DNA of 61,638 nt from Spirochaetaceae bacterium (GCA_003552185.1 PUOW01000187.1:1-61638); one strand, 5' to 3'. Counted from the stretch's first letter, positions 34,739-42,829 are shown. Translations and numbers: made by a program. Notes: generated from the sequence alone by a model not told the origin.

Positions 34739-36481
34739 TCACGACGAGACTCCTTCGTCTTCATCATCGTCTTGCTCGATGACCTCAACACTCTCGGCGA
34801 TGATCTCTTGAATCTGAGTTACATCGTCCTCATCGAGCCCTTCAATGCGGCGCAGTTCGTCTTGCTCGAGCCCGAGGAGGTCTACGATCTCGACAACCCC
34901 GTGTCGCTCGAGCGCCGCGACGATCTTGTCCGAGATATTAGGCAGTTCCCCGATCTCGGTGATCTCTTGTTCCTCACCCGCATCCTCGTCCTGTTCAAGC
35001 TCGGCGGCGGGCTCGGCATCCGAGTCCTGTTGCTCGTCCTCGAGCGAGACGCCGGTCTCGGCCGCTTCGCGCTCGGCCGCCGCGATGCGCTCGCGGGCGC
35101 GCTCCGAAGCGGTCTTCGGCGCAGGCTCCTCCGGCTCGGGTTCGGGCTCTTCCTCGGAAGCAGTCTCAACGTCTTCCTCGCCTTCGATGATCTCGATATT
35201 ATCGGCAACGATCTGCTGCACAAGCTCGACATCCTCATTGGACAGAGCCTCGATCTCTTTGAGACCGCTCTCGCCGAGCGCGACGAGGTCCTCGATCATC
35301 TCGACGCCTTGCTCCTTCAGCGCCTCGACCACGTGCTCGGGAATATCGGGGAGTTCCGCGACGGTGGAGATCTCGTCTTCCTCGCCGTCGTAGTCGCCGA
35401 ACAACTGCGAAACCGCCCGCTTCGACCCGGCAACAACGTCCATCTCGGCGAACTGAGCCTCGGTCTTGACGTCGATATTCCAGTCGGCAAGGCGGTTCGC
35501 GAGCCGCACGTTCAGCCCTTGCTTCCCGATCGCGAGCGAAAGCTGAGACTCGGGTACGATTGCGAGAGCTTGCTTCTTCGCCTCATCGAGGATCACGACT
35601 TGCGAGACCTCAGCGGGGGAGAGCGCGTTACGAATAAACTCCGGCACATTAGTGTCGAACTTGAGAATGTCGATCTTCTCGCCTTCGAGCTCGCGCACAA
35701 TCGCTTGAATACGAACGCCTCGCATACCGACACACGCGCCGACGGGATCAACATCCTCCCTGTTGGAGTACACCGCGATCTTGGTGCGGTACCCCGGCTC
35801 GCGCACGATCTTGTAGACCTCAACCGTTTTGTCGTAGATCTCCGGCACCTCGAGCTCAAACACGCGCCGCACGAACTCGGTGTGCGTACGCGACAGCACG
35901 ATCTGCAAGCCGGTCGCGGCTTTGTTCACTTCATAGATCAAGGCCTTGATGCGGTCGTTGGGGCGGTACACCTCGCGCGGCGACTGATAGCGCTTCGGCA
36001 GGATGCCTTCGGTCTTTCCAAGGTCAACAAAGATGTTGCCGTTGCGTTCGCGCTGATAGTACCCGATGATCATCTCGCCGACTTTGTCCTTGAACTCGGA
36101 GTACAAGGTGTCTTTCTGGATCTCGCGCAAGGTTTGCTTAGCACGCTGTTTCGCGCTTTGAATCGCGGTTCGATCAAAGTCTTGCGGGTTGATCTCGATC
36201 AGCAGCTCGTCTCCGACTTCGCATTCGTCGTTCAGCTCGAGCGCTTCCTCGAGCTCGATCTCGGTGACCGGGTCATAGACGTCTTCGACGATGCGCTTCT
36301 GCGCAAAGAGCGTTACGTCGCCTTCCTCGTCCCCGAACCGAACCACGGCATTATCGGAAGTTCCGAACGTCTTCTTGTACGCCGCCAGCAAGAACTCCTC
36401 GATCGTGCGGTGAATCAACTCTTCCGAGATCCCTTTGTCTTGCGCGAGCCCCCGGATCGCATCGCTGAGTGCCGAGCTCAT
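34739..36481 (-). CDS. nusA: transcription termination/antitermination factor NusA with two acidic C-terminal HhH repeats
   Basis: 580 aa. NTD, S1 (GEMIIGYYQRERNGNIFVDLG) and KH1/KH2 (ACVGMRGVRIQAIVRELEGEKIDI, LAIGKQGLNVRLANRLADWNIDV), then a duplicated ELP(D/N)I...helix-hairpin-helix module separated by an acidic linker. Confidence 0.96.
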   Translation of the reverse strand: MSSALSDAIRGLAQDKGISEELIHRTIEEFLLAAYKKTFGTSDNAVVRFGDEEGDVTLFAQKRIVEDVYDPVTEIELEEALELNDECEVGDELLIEINPQDFDRTAIQSAKQRAKQTLREIQKDTLYSEFKDKVGEMIIGYYQRERNGNIFVDLGKTEGILPKRYQSPREVYRPNDRIKALIYEVNKAATGLQIVLSRTHTEFVRRVFELEVPEIYDKTVEVYKIVREPGYRTKIAVYSNREDVDPVGACVGMRGVRIQAIVRELEGEKIDILKFDTNVPEFIRNALSPAEVSQVVILDEAKKQALAIVPESQLSLAIGKQGLNVRLANRLADWNIDVKTEAQFAEMDVVAGSKRAVSQLFGDYDGEEDEISTVAELPDIPEHVVEALKEQGVEMIEDLVALGESGLKEIEALSNEDVELVQQIVADNIEIIEGEEDVETASEEEPEPEPEEPAPKTASERARERIAAAEREAAETGVSLEDEQQDSDAEPAAELEQDEDAGEEQEITEIGELPNISDKIVAALERHGVVEIVDLLGLEQDELRRIEGLDEDDVTQIQEIIAESVEVIEQDDDEDEGVSS

Positions 36482-36486
36482 GTCGC

Positions 36487-36954
36487 CTACCTTACCTCCC
36501 GGAAATCGTCGAGCTTTGCCTTTCTAATCTCGGCGAAAGCCACACGACGAATGCCGTCTTCAGTTTCAATGCTGCAGGATTCATCATCACCCCCGCGAAG
36601 CACACCGTTTACCCACTCGTCACCGGAGATCAGCAACACGCGTACCCTTTTTCCGGCGAAGATCGCATACTCTCGGTGGTCTTTGAGCGTGCGGTCTAAA
36701 CCGGGCGAGCTCACCTGCAGGTGAACATCCCGAGCATCGCGCCACAGCTCAATACGCGGAAGGATTGTGCGGTGGATATCGGCACACGCGTCTAGGTCTA
36801 CCCCCGCCGGCCGATAGACCGTCACCACCACATGGAAGCCGTCCTTCAACTCGGACGCCCTCAGCTCCACAAGGTAAAACCCTAAACCGTCAATGACCGG
36901 CTCGATCTCACGCCGGAGCTCTTGTTCAATTCTACTCATAACGTCACCGCTCAT
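36487..36954 (-). CDS. rimP: ribosome maturation factor RimP
   Basis: 155 aa. IEPVIDGLGFYLVELR and VSSPGLDRTLK motifs. First gene of the rimP-nusA-infB string. Confidence 0.9.
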   Translation of the reverse strand: MSGDVMSRIEQELRREIEPVIDGLGFYLVELRASELKDGFHVVVTVYRPAGVDLDACADIHRTILPRIELWRDARDVHLQVSSPGLDRTLKDHREYAIFAGKRVRVLLISGDEWVNGVLRGGDDESCSIETEDGIRRVAFAEIRKAKLDDFREVR

Positions 36955-37004
36955 GCAAGGCCCGGCTCCTCACCGGCCTGCGGTTCGCATCACACCGCTT
37001 GAGC

Positions 37005-37040
37005 AAAAAAAAGGAGTCCGTTCGGCGTTGAACGACTCCC
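37005..37040 (-). terminator. rho-independent terminator / attenuator hairpin in the comF-rimP spacer
   Basis: Minus strand reads GGGAGTCGTTC-AACGCC-GAACGGACTCC followed by TTTTTTTT. The stem is 10 bp with one bulged G, and the T8 corresponds to A8 at 37005..37012 on the plus strand. Confidence 0.75.
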
Positions 37041-37070
37041 TCGGACGGGCAGAGGTGTGAGTGTCGAGGT

Positions 37071-37100
37071 AGAGTACCAAGGGAGACGCAACTGTGTCAA
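37071..37100 (-). promoter_or_regulatory. candidate sigma-70-type promoter upstream of the leader terminator and rimP
   Basis: Minus strand has TTGACA (37100..37095), 18 nt, TACTCT (37076..37071). The predicted TSS is around 37064, ~25 nt before the hairpin. Pattern match only. Confidence 0.4.
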
Positions 37101-37106
37101 CTAGCT

Positions 37107-37156
37107 GGGCATGCCTGCCTGGGCATGCCTGTGCATGCCTGCGTGTGCATGCCTGG
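37107..37156. repeat. four direct copies of G(G/T)GCATGCCT with 14/10/14-nt spacing, abutting the -35
   Basis: GCATGCCT occurs at 37109, 37123, 37133 and 37147. The core GCATGC is palindromic. The array is effectively a 24-nt unit duplicated with 2 substitutions. Confidence 0.85.
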
Positions 37157-37207
37157 GTGCTACCCGGGGCGCCGCTGCCGGATCGCGTTGCCGGGACCAC
37201 GCCGCGC

Positions 37208-38086
37208 TCAACGGATCATCAGAGAGAGGACCTCCACACCCCCCGCACCCGCATCGATTAACAGCTCGGCGCACGCCGAGGCGGTGGCACCGGTAGTAAT
37301 CACGTCGTCGAGCAGTACGATTGTCTCGCCTATCGGCAGCGCGCCTCCGCGGATTCTTGAGGAAGCGACGTGGTACTGCAACGCGGCCTGCGCGAAACGG
37401 TCTTCCCGTCCGAGCTGCTTCTGCGACGCCTTTCCACGCGCTCGCCTCAGAGCACGCGCGACCGGAACCGCGTAGCGCCTGCTGAGGCTGCGCGTGATCA
37501 CCTCGAGTTGGTCCCATCCGCGTCGCGCCCTCGCCCGCCGCTGCGCCGGCACCGGCACAACCGTCGCCGGGAACCGCCCGCGCAGGCGCGCGTGATACAA
37601 CAGCGCCGCAAACAGCTGCGCAAGCGGTTTGTGGTTTTCGAACTTGTACAGCCACAGCAGCTTGCGCGCGAGCCCGCGGTACTCAAACAGCGCGTAGGCC
37701 TCGACAAACGCGAACTCGGTCGCCCGACACCCGGAACACAGCTCATGCTCCGAGATCAAGGTTCGACTACAGCGTCTACAGCGAGCGTACGTCTCGTCCC
37801 CGGCCGCCGGCCCGGCTGAGGGCCCGGCATGGGCGGCCGGCAGCAACTCATCGAGAAGCGCGCGTAAACAGTGTGAGCAGACACCGGCGGAACGCGCCGG
37901 CGCCATGAGCTCCGAAAACCGAACAGGCTCGTCCGATCGCCCCTCGAGTGATACCCCGGCGCTCGTGCTGATGAGCTCGCCGCAGGCCGCGCAGACGGGT
38001 TGAAAACAGTACTCCGATAGAACCTGCCCCACGCGGGCGACTGCCTGCCCCCCTTGGTTACCGAACACCGTAGTGCGCCTCCTCAC
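37208..38086 (-). CDS. comF: ComF family protein (zinc-finger + phosphoribosyltransferase domain)
   Basis: 292 aa. N-terminal CxxC pairs (CAACGELI, CSHC, CRRCSR...CSGC) and a C-terminal PRTase loop IVLLDDVITTGATASACAELL. GTG start. Confidence 0.8.
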   Translation of the reverse strand: MRRRTTVFGNQGGQAVARVGQVLSEYCFQPVCAACGELISTSAGVSLEGRSDEPVRFSELMAPARSAGVCSHCLRALLDELLPAAHAGPSAGPAAGDETYARCRRCSRTLISEHELCSGCRATEFAFVEAYALFEYRGLARKLLWLYKFENHKPLAQLFAALLYHARLRGRFPATVVPVPAQRRARARRGWDQLEVITRSLSRRYAVPVARALRRARGKASQKQLGREDRFAQAALQYHVASSRIRGGALPIGETIVLLDDVITTGATASACAELLIDAGAGGVEVLSLMIR

Positions 38087-38120
38087 TAGCTAATACCGGG
38101 CTCAGTTTCACGGCGCTTCG

Positions 38121-38147
38121 CTAAACGGGCTAAACGGGCTAAACGGG
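38121..38147. repeat. perfect 9-bp tandem repeat (ctaaacggg x3)
   Basis: Read directly. Located in the divergent comF / lycopene-cyclase spacer, 10 nt upstream of the predicted -35. Confidence 0.85.
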
Positions 38148-38157
38148 CTTGATTCGT

Positions 38158-38187
38158 TTGACCGGGTTCCGAAACACGGCGTATATT
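38158..38187 (+). promoter_or_regulatory. candidate promoter giving a leaderless or near-leaderless lycopene-cyclase mRNA
   Basis: TTGACC (38158..38163), 18 nt, TATATT (38182..38187). Only 8 nt (atcgaaca) separate the -10 from the ATG at 38196, and there is no purine-rich SD. Confidence 0.45.
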
Positions 38188-38195
38188 ATCGAACA

Positions 38196-39350
38196 ATGGA
38201 GCAGTACGACTATTTGATCGCCGGCGGCGGCGCAGCCGGATTGAGCCTTGTCTACCACCTTCTCAACAGCCCCCTCGCGGACGCCGAGATCGCGATCATC
38301 GACAGAGACCCGAAACGCAGTAACGACAGAACCTGGTGTTTCTGGACCGACCGCGAGTTCGTGCTCGAGCCGGTGATACAGCACCGCTGGAACACGATGG
38401 AGTTCGTGAGCCGCACCTACTCCGACCGCTACGATCTTGCTCCCTATCGCTACTGCATGATACCCGGGATCGAGTTCTACCGTTACATGCACGAACTGAT
38501 CGAGAGCCGCCCAAACGTTACCTTCCTGCAAGGCTTGGTCGAGGAAACCCGCGATACCGAGGACGGCGCGGAGCTTGTTGTAGACGGACGCACCCTACGC
38601 GGACGGTACCTGTTCGACAGCCTCATCATCCCTGAGCAGTTCACAGTCGACACCCGGCGCTACCATTTCATCAAGCAGCATTTTCTCGGGTGGTTCATCG
38701 AGACCGATGTAGACTGCTTCGATCCGGAGGCAATTCGGTTCTTCGATTTTCGCGTACCGCAACACGGCGTGATGCGCTTCATCTATATCCTGCCGCTCTC
38801 GGCTCGCAGTGCGCTCGTTGAGTACACCCTGTTCTCGGCCGACCTGCTCACGCAGGAGGAGTACGAACGCGAACTGCGCACCTACATAGAAGAAACGCTC
38901 GGCATACACAGCTACCGCATCCTCGAAGACGAGCGTGGGGTCATCCCGATGACCGACCAGCCGTTTCCTCGACGCGGCGGGCGGCATATTCTCTACACCG
39001 GCACCAAGGGAGGCCGTGTAAAGGCCTCGAGCGGTTTCGCGTTTCACCGCATTCAGCACGACTCGTCCGCGATCGTTGCCTCGCTCGAGCGCTACGGGCA
39101 CCCGTTTGCGCTGCCTCGAACACCGCGCCGGTATCGGTTGCTCGACGCGATGCTGCTGCAGATCCTGTACCGCCGCGGTGAGCTCAGCGAGCAGATCTTC
39201 ACGCGCTTGTTCGAGCGCAATCCGCTCGATCGCGTGCTTCGGTTCCTCAACGAGGAGACCTCGCTGCTCGAGGACCTCAAACTCATGTCGACCGTTCCGT
39301 GGGTGCCGTTCATTCGCGCCTTTATCCGCCTGAAGCTCCTGGGACCGTGA
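38196..39350 (+). CDS. lycopene cyclase family protein (CrtY-type, FAD-binding)
   Basis: 384 aa. N-terminal dinucleotide fold YDYLIAGGGAAGLSLVYHL. Size and overall pattern match the bacterial lycopene beta-cyclase family. By-eye assignment. Confidence 0.7.
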   Translation: MEQYDYLIAGGGAAGLSLVYHLLNSPLADAEIAIIDRDPKRSNDRTWCFWTDREFVLEPVIQHRWNTMEFVSRTYSDRYDLAPYRYCMIPGIEFYRYMHELIESRPNVTFLQGLVEETRDTEDGAELVVDGRTLRGRYLFDSLIIPEQFTVDTRRYHFIKQHFLGWFIETDVDCFDPEAIRFFDFRVPQHGVMRFIYILPLSARSALVEYTLFSADLLTQEEYERELRTYIEETLGIHSYRILEDERGVIPMTDQPFPRRGGRHILYTGTKGGRVKASSGFAFHRIQHDSSAIVASLERYGHPFALPRTPRRYRLLDAMLLQILYRRGELSEQIFTRLFERNPLDRVLRFLNEETSLLEDLKLMSTVPWVPFIRAFIRLKLLGP

Positions 39351-39353
39351 CCG

Positions 39354-40097
39354 ATGGCAGTACTCACCGAACTGACCGCGATCACGGCCGGGCTGTTTGT
39401 GTTATGGCTGCTCACGATGATATCGCTCCCGATCGTCCGACGGCTGTGCGGCACAGCCGGTGAGCCGGTCGCGATTTCGCTCGGCGTTCTGCTGCAAAGC
39501 GTCTTGGTCGGCGCGTTGCTGCTCGAGCACTGGGGACCTGCCCGCGCTGTTGCGACCGCAGGCGGAGTGGTTGTGCTCGCGTGGTTGGTTGAGTTCAGCG
39601 GTTCGCGAACCGGATACCCATTCGGCGGGTACGTCTACACCGAGCGGCTGCGCCCGCAGATCGGGCACGTTCCGATCGCGGTACCGCTCGCCTGGCTTAT
39701 GATGCTCCCGCCGTCTTGGGCCGTGTCCGAGGCGGTGCTCGGCACGAGTTCCGGGCCGGCCTTCGTGTTGCTCGCGGCGGCGGCGTTCACCGCCTGGGAC
39801 CTCTTCCTCGATCCTCAGATGGTAACCTGGGGCTTCTGGCGCTGGGAGCGCCGGGGCGGCTACTTCGGTGTCCCGATCTCGAACTATCTCGGATGGTTTG
39901 TCGTAGCGGCGCTGATGACCGCAGTTCTGCAGCCGCCCGCGATGCCGGTTCACGCGTTGCTCGTGATCTACGGCGTAACCTGGATTCTCCAAACAATCGC
40001 GCAGCTGGTGTTCTGGAACCTCCGAGGTCCGGGCATGATCGGCGCCCTCGCGATGGGCGCAGCGGTCGCCGCTGCGGTAATCCGGCTCACCGCGTAG
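39354..40097 (+). CDS. carotenoid biosynthesis membrane protein, CruF-like (carotenoid 1,2-hydratase family, Caroten_synth/DUF422)
   Basis: 247 aa with 7-8 TM segments. TGYPFGGYVYT and WDLFLDPQMVTWGFWRWERRGGYFGVPISNYLGWF resemble the family motifs as I recall them. It starts 4 nt after the cyclase stop. Confidence 0.6.
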   Translation: MAVLTELTAITAGLFVLWLLTMISLPIVRRLCGTAGEPVAISLGVLLQSVLVGALLLEHWGPARAVATAGGVVVLAWLVEFSGSRTGYPFGGYVYTERLRPQIGHVPIAVPLAWLMMLPPSWAVSEAVLGTSSGPAFVLLAAAAFTAWDLFLDPQMVTWGFWRWERRGGYFGVPISNYLGWFVVAALMTAVLQPPAMPVHALLVIYGVTWILQTIAQLVFWNLRGPGMIGALAMGAAVAAAVIRLTA

Positions 40098-40111
40098 CAC
40101 CACGGCGCGGC

Positions 40112-40129
40112 GGCGCCCCGTTGGGCGCC
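40112..40129. terminator. GC hairpin between convergent CruF-like gene and mutS (possible bidirectional terminator)
   Basis: GGCGCCC-cgtt-GGGCGCC, a 7-bp stem with a 4-nt loop. There is no U-tract on either side. Confidence 0.3.
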
Positions 40130-40141
40130 GAGGCGCACCAT

Positions 40142-42829
40142 TCAATCGCGCCGGCCGGGCGCGATCCGTTTCTGCCATTTCGCGAGCAGATTGAGCGCAT
40201 CGAGCGGCGTCATCGCCTCGAGCTTGAGGTTTTCGAGCTCGCTCATGAGCATATCACCGGTATCAAACAGCTCCGACTGCGAACGGCGGCCGGCCGAGGT
40301 TTCGTTCGAGCTGCTCGAGTCGGGGCCTCCCGAGCGGCCCGGGCGGCCCGAGCCGCTCGAGGCTCCGGGCCGTTGCGCAGGCTCGAGCGCGGAGCGAATG
40401 CCCGCCGCCGAATCGCCGAGCAAGCCGTCCTGCATCAAGTCGTAGGCACGCTGCAGCACCTCGTTCGGCAACCCCGCGATCCGCGCAACCTGTACGCCGT
40501 ACGACTGACTCGAGGGCCCCGGCCTCACGCGCTTGAGAAACACCACCTCGCCGTTCTGCTCCGCCACCGCGAGAGAGAGATTGAAGACTCCGTCCTCTTG
40601 CAGCTCGGTGAGCTCGTGAAAATGCGTCGCAAACAGCGTACGCGAGCGAGTGCGGTCCGCGAGAAACTCCGAGACCGCCCACGCGATCGCCAAACCGTCG
40701 CGCGTGCTTGTCCCCCGCCCCACTTCATCCATGATCACGAGGCTCTGCGCACCGGCGTTGCGGAGAATGTTCGCGGTCTCGTTCATCTCAACTAAGAAGG
40801 TCGACTCGCCGCGCGCGAGGTTGTCCGCGGCCCCTACTCGGCAGAAGATACGGTCGACCAATCCAATCTCGGCCTCCTCCGCCGGCACGAAGCTGCCGGC
40901 CTGCGCGAGCAACACAATTAACGCGGTCTGTCGCAGAAAGGTAGACTTACCGGCCATGTTCGGCCCGGTTATCAAAGCGAAGCTCTTTCCGTCGACGCCG
41001 AGGGTAAGATCGTTCGGGACGAACTCGCCGGCCGGCAGATACGCCTCCACCACCGGATGGCGCCCGTTCGTGATCTTCAGCTCGGTTCCCTCGTTGAGTT
41101 GGGGCCGCGTATATCCGCGCCGCGTCGCGGTAAACGCGAGCGACTGCACGCAGTCGCGGTGCGCCAGCGCGTCGGCGAGCGCGTACAACACCGTGAGCTG
41201 CTCGGCAAGCTCACCGCGCAGCGCCAGAAACAGGCTACGTTCAAGCTCAACGATGCGCTCGGCCGCCGAGTTCAGCGCGTCCTCGAGCTCACCGAGCCGT
41301 TCGGTGGTGAACCGTTCGGCGTTCGCGAGGCTCTGTCGGCGGATGAAGTGCTCAGGGATCGCGCCGAGGTTGCTCTTGGTGAGCTCAAAGTAGTAGCCGA
41401 GCACCCGGTTATGCCGCAAGCGCAACCCGTTGATGCCGGTACGCTCGCGCTCTTCGAGCAAGTAGCGATCGAGCACCGCCTTGCTGTTGTCTCGCAGCTC
41501 ACGAAGCTCATCGAGCTCGGAACTCCACCCGTCGCGGATCATGTTTCCTTCGGTGAGCAGGATCGAGGGTTCATCGAGCAGCGCGAGTTGCAACCGCTCG
41601 CGTATGGCGCCCGCGTGTTCGCGGTGCTGCTCCGCAAACACCGCGTCTTCCTCTCCCAGCGTCTCTACCAGCACGCGGTCGAGCTGGAGCGCGGCCGCAA
41701 GGGTGTTTCGAATCGCAACCAAATCCTTGGCATGGGCGCGTTCTACCGCCACGCGCGCCGCAAGGCGCTCGAGGTCGAGTACCGAGGAGAGCTGCTCGCG
41801 CACCCGTTGCAGCAGCAGCTGGTTGTGGTAGAGGCGCTCCACCGCGTCGTGCCGCGCGGTGATCGCGTCGCGGTTCAGAAGCGGGTACAACAGCCAGGTC
41901 CGGAGCCGGCGCGCTCCCATCGCGGTGCAGGTATCGGATACCACCGACCACAGCGTATGCGAGGAGCTACGGTCGAGCATGTTGCGGGTAAGCTCAAGAT
42001 TGCGCTGCGTTGTTTCGTCGAGCACCACGTACTCGTTGTCGCGATACCACACTACGTCGCGCAGCTGCGGCAACGAGCTCTTGAGGTTGTCACGCGCGTA
42101 CTCGAGCAGCACGCCGACCGAGGCCAGAACCGGGGAACCCGGCTCTATATCGAAGCCCTTGAGGTTTACAACACCGAGCATCTCGCAGAGGTCGCGCTCC
42201 GACGCCTCCAGGTCGAACGCCCAGTCGGGATAGCGATTGACGAGCCCGCCCTCGAACAGCTCCTCGCCGTACGGTAGCCGCTCGAGAAGGCTTTCCTGAA
42301 GCAGCACCTCGCGCGGTTGTAGACGCGCGACCTCCCGCCGTACGTACTCCTCGATACGTTCGATCGGGCAATCGGTAAGACACAAGCGGCCGGTCGCGAG
42401 ATCGATATACCCGATTGAGACCGTGTCGCGAGCCGCCGCGATCGCAAGTAGGTAGTTCGCGGCTCCCGCCTCGAGGTAGTCCTCCTCGGTTACGGTTCCC
42501 GGCGTGATCACCTCGATCACTTCGCGCTCGGCGAGCCCCTTGCCACCTTCCGGAAACCGTACCTGTTCACAGATCGCGATCTTCTTACCCGCTTTGATAA
42601 GTCGTGCGATATAGCCGCGCGAAGCATGATACGGAATCCCGCACATCGGGGTGCCGTTGCGCTGCGTGAGGGTGAGCCCAAGCAGGCGCGAGACCTCGAC
42701 CGCGTCCTGTTTGAACATCTCGTAGAAATCGCCGAGCCGAAAAAACAGCACCGCGTCTCGATGATGAGACTTGATCCGCGCGTACTGTTGCATCATTGGG
42801 GTGTTGTCCGACGTAGCGTTTTGCGACAT
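40142..42829 (-). CDS. mutS: DNA mismatch repair protein MutS
   Basis: 895 aa. TPMMQQYARIKSHHRDAVLFFRLGDFYEMF, and Walker A GPNMAGKSTFLRQ followed by DEVGRGTST. Confidence 0.97.
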   Translation of the reverse strand: MSQNATSDNTPMMQQYARIKSHHRDAVLFFRLGDFYEMFKQDAVEVSRLLGLTLTQRNGTPMCGIPYHASRGYIARLIKAGKKIAICEQVRFPEGGKGLAEREVIEVITPGTVTEEDYLEAGAANYLLAIAAARDTVSIGYIDLATGRLCLTDCPIERIEEYVRREVARLQPREVLLQESLLERLPYGEELFEGGLVNRYPDWAFDLEASERDLCEMLGVVNLKGFDIEPGSPVLASVGVLLEYARDNLKSSLPQLRDVVWYRDNEYVVLDETTQRNLELTRNMLDRSSSHTLWSVVSDTCTAMGARRLRTWLLYPLLNRDAITARHDAVERLYHNQLLLQRVREQLSSVLDLERLAARVAVERAHAKDLVAIRNTLAAALQLDRVLVETLGEEDAVFAEQHREHAGAIRERLQLALLDEPSILLTEGNMIRDGWSSELDELRELRDNSKAVLDRYLLEERERTGINGLRLRHNRVLGYYFELTKSNLGAIPEHFIRRQSLANAERFTTERLGELEDALNSAAERIVELERSLFLALRGELAEQLTVLYALADALAHRDCVQSLAFTATRRGYTRPQLNEGTELKITNGRHPVVEAYLPAGEFVPNDLTLGVDGKSFALITGPNMAGKSTFLRQTALIVLLAQAGSFVPAEEAEIGLVDRIFCRVGAADNLARGESTFLVEMNETANILRNAGAQSLVIMDEVGRGTSTRDGLAIAWAVSEFLADRTRSRTLFATHFHELTELQEDGVFNLSLAVAEQNGEVVFLKRVRPGPSSQSYGVQVARIAGLPNEVLQRAYDLMQDGLLGDSAAGIRSALEPAQRPGASSGSGRPGRSGGPDSSSSNETSAGRRSQSELFDTGDMLMSELENLKLEAMTPLDALNLLAKWQKRIAPGRRD

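Noticed and set aside
34772-36724. 650-aa ORF on the plus strand covering the whole nusA/rimP region
   Set aside because: It is exactly antisense to well-supported nusA and rimP. The sequence is Leu/Arg/Asp/Gly-rich with no motifs. Long stop-free antisense frames are expected in GC-rich DNA.
37107-37156. Repeat array considered as a mini-CRISPR
   Set aside because: The repeats are 8-10 bp with 0-4 bp between them. There are no spacers of CRISPR size, no leader and no cas genes.
36955-37207. Possible tRNA (metY analogue) or other known structured RNA upstream of rimP
   Set aside because: No acceptor/T-arm (GTTCGAATC-type) or anticodon-arm arrangement could be folded by eye. Only a simple terminator hairpin is evident.
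37111-37475. Small Cys-rich ORFs (MPAWACLCMPACACLGA..., MPVHACVCMPGCYPG...) that might look like a lanthipeptide/RiPP precursor
   Set aside because: They are plus-strand translations of the GCATGCCT repeat array and then run antisense into comF. There is no SD, no partner modification enzymes, and the repeat explains the Cys/Met pattern.
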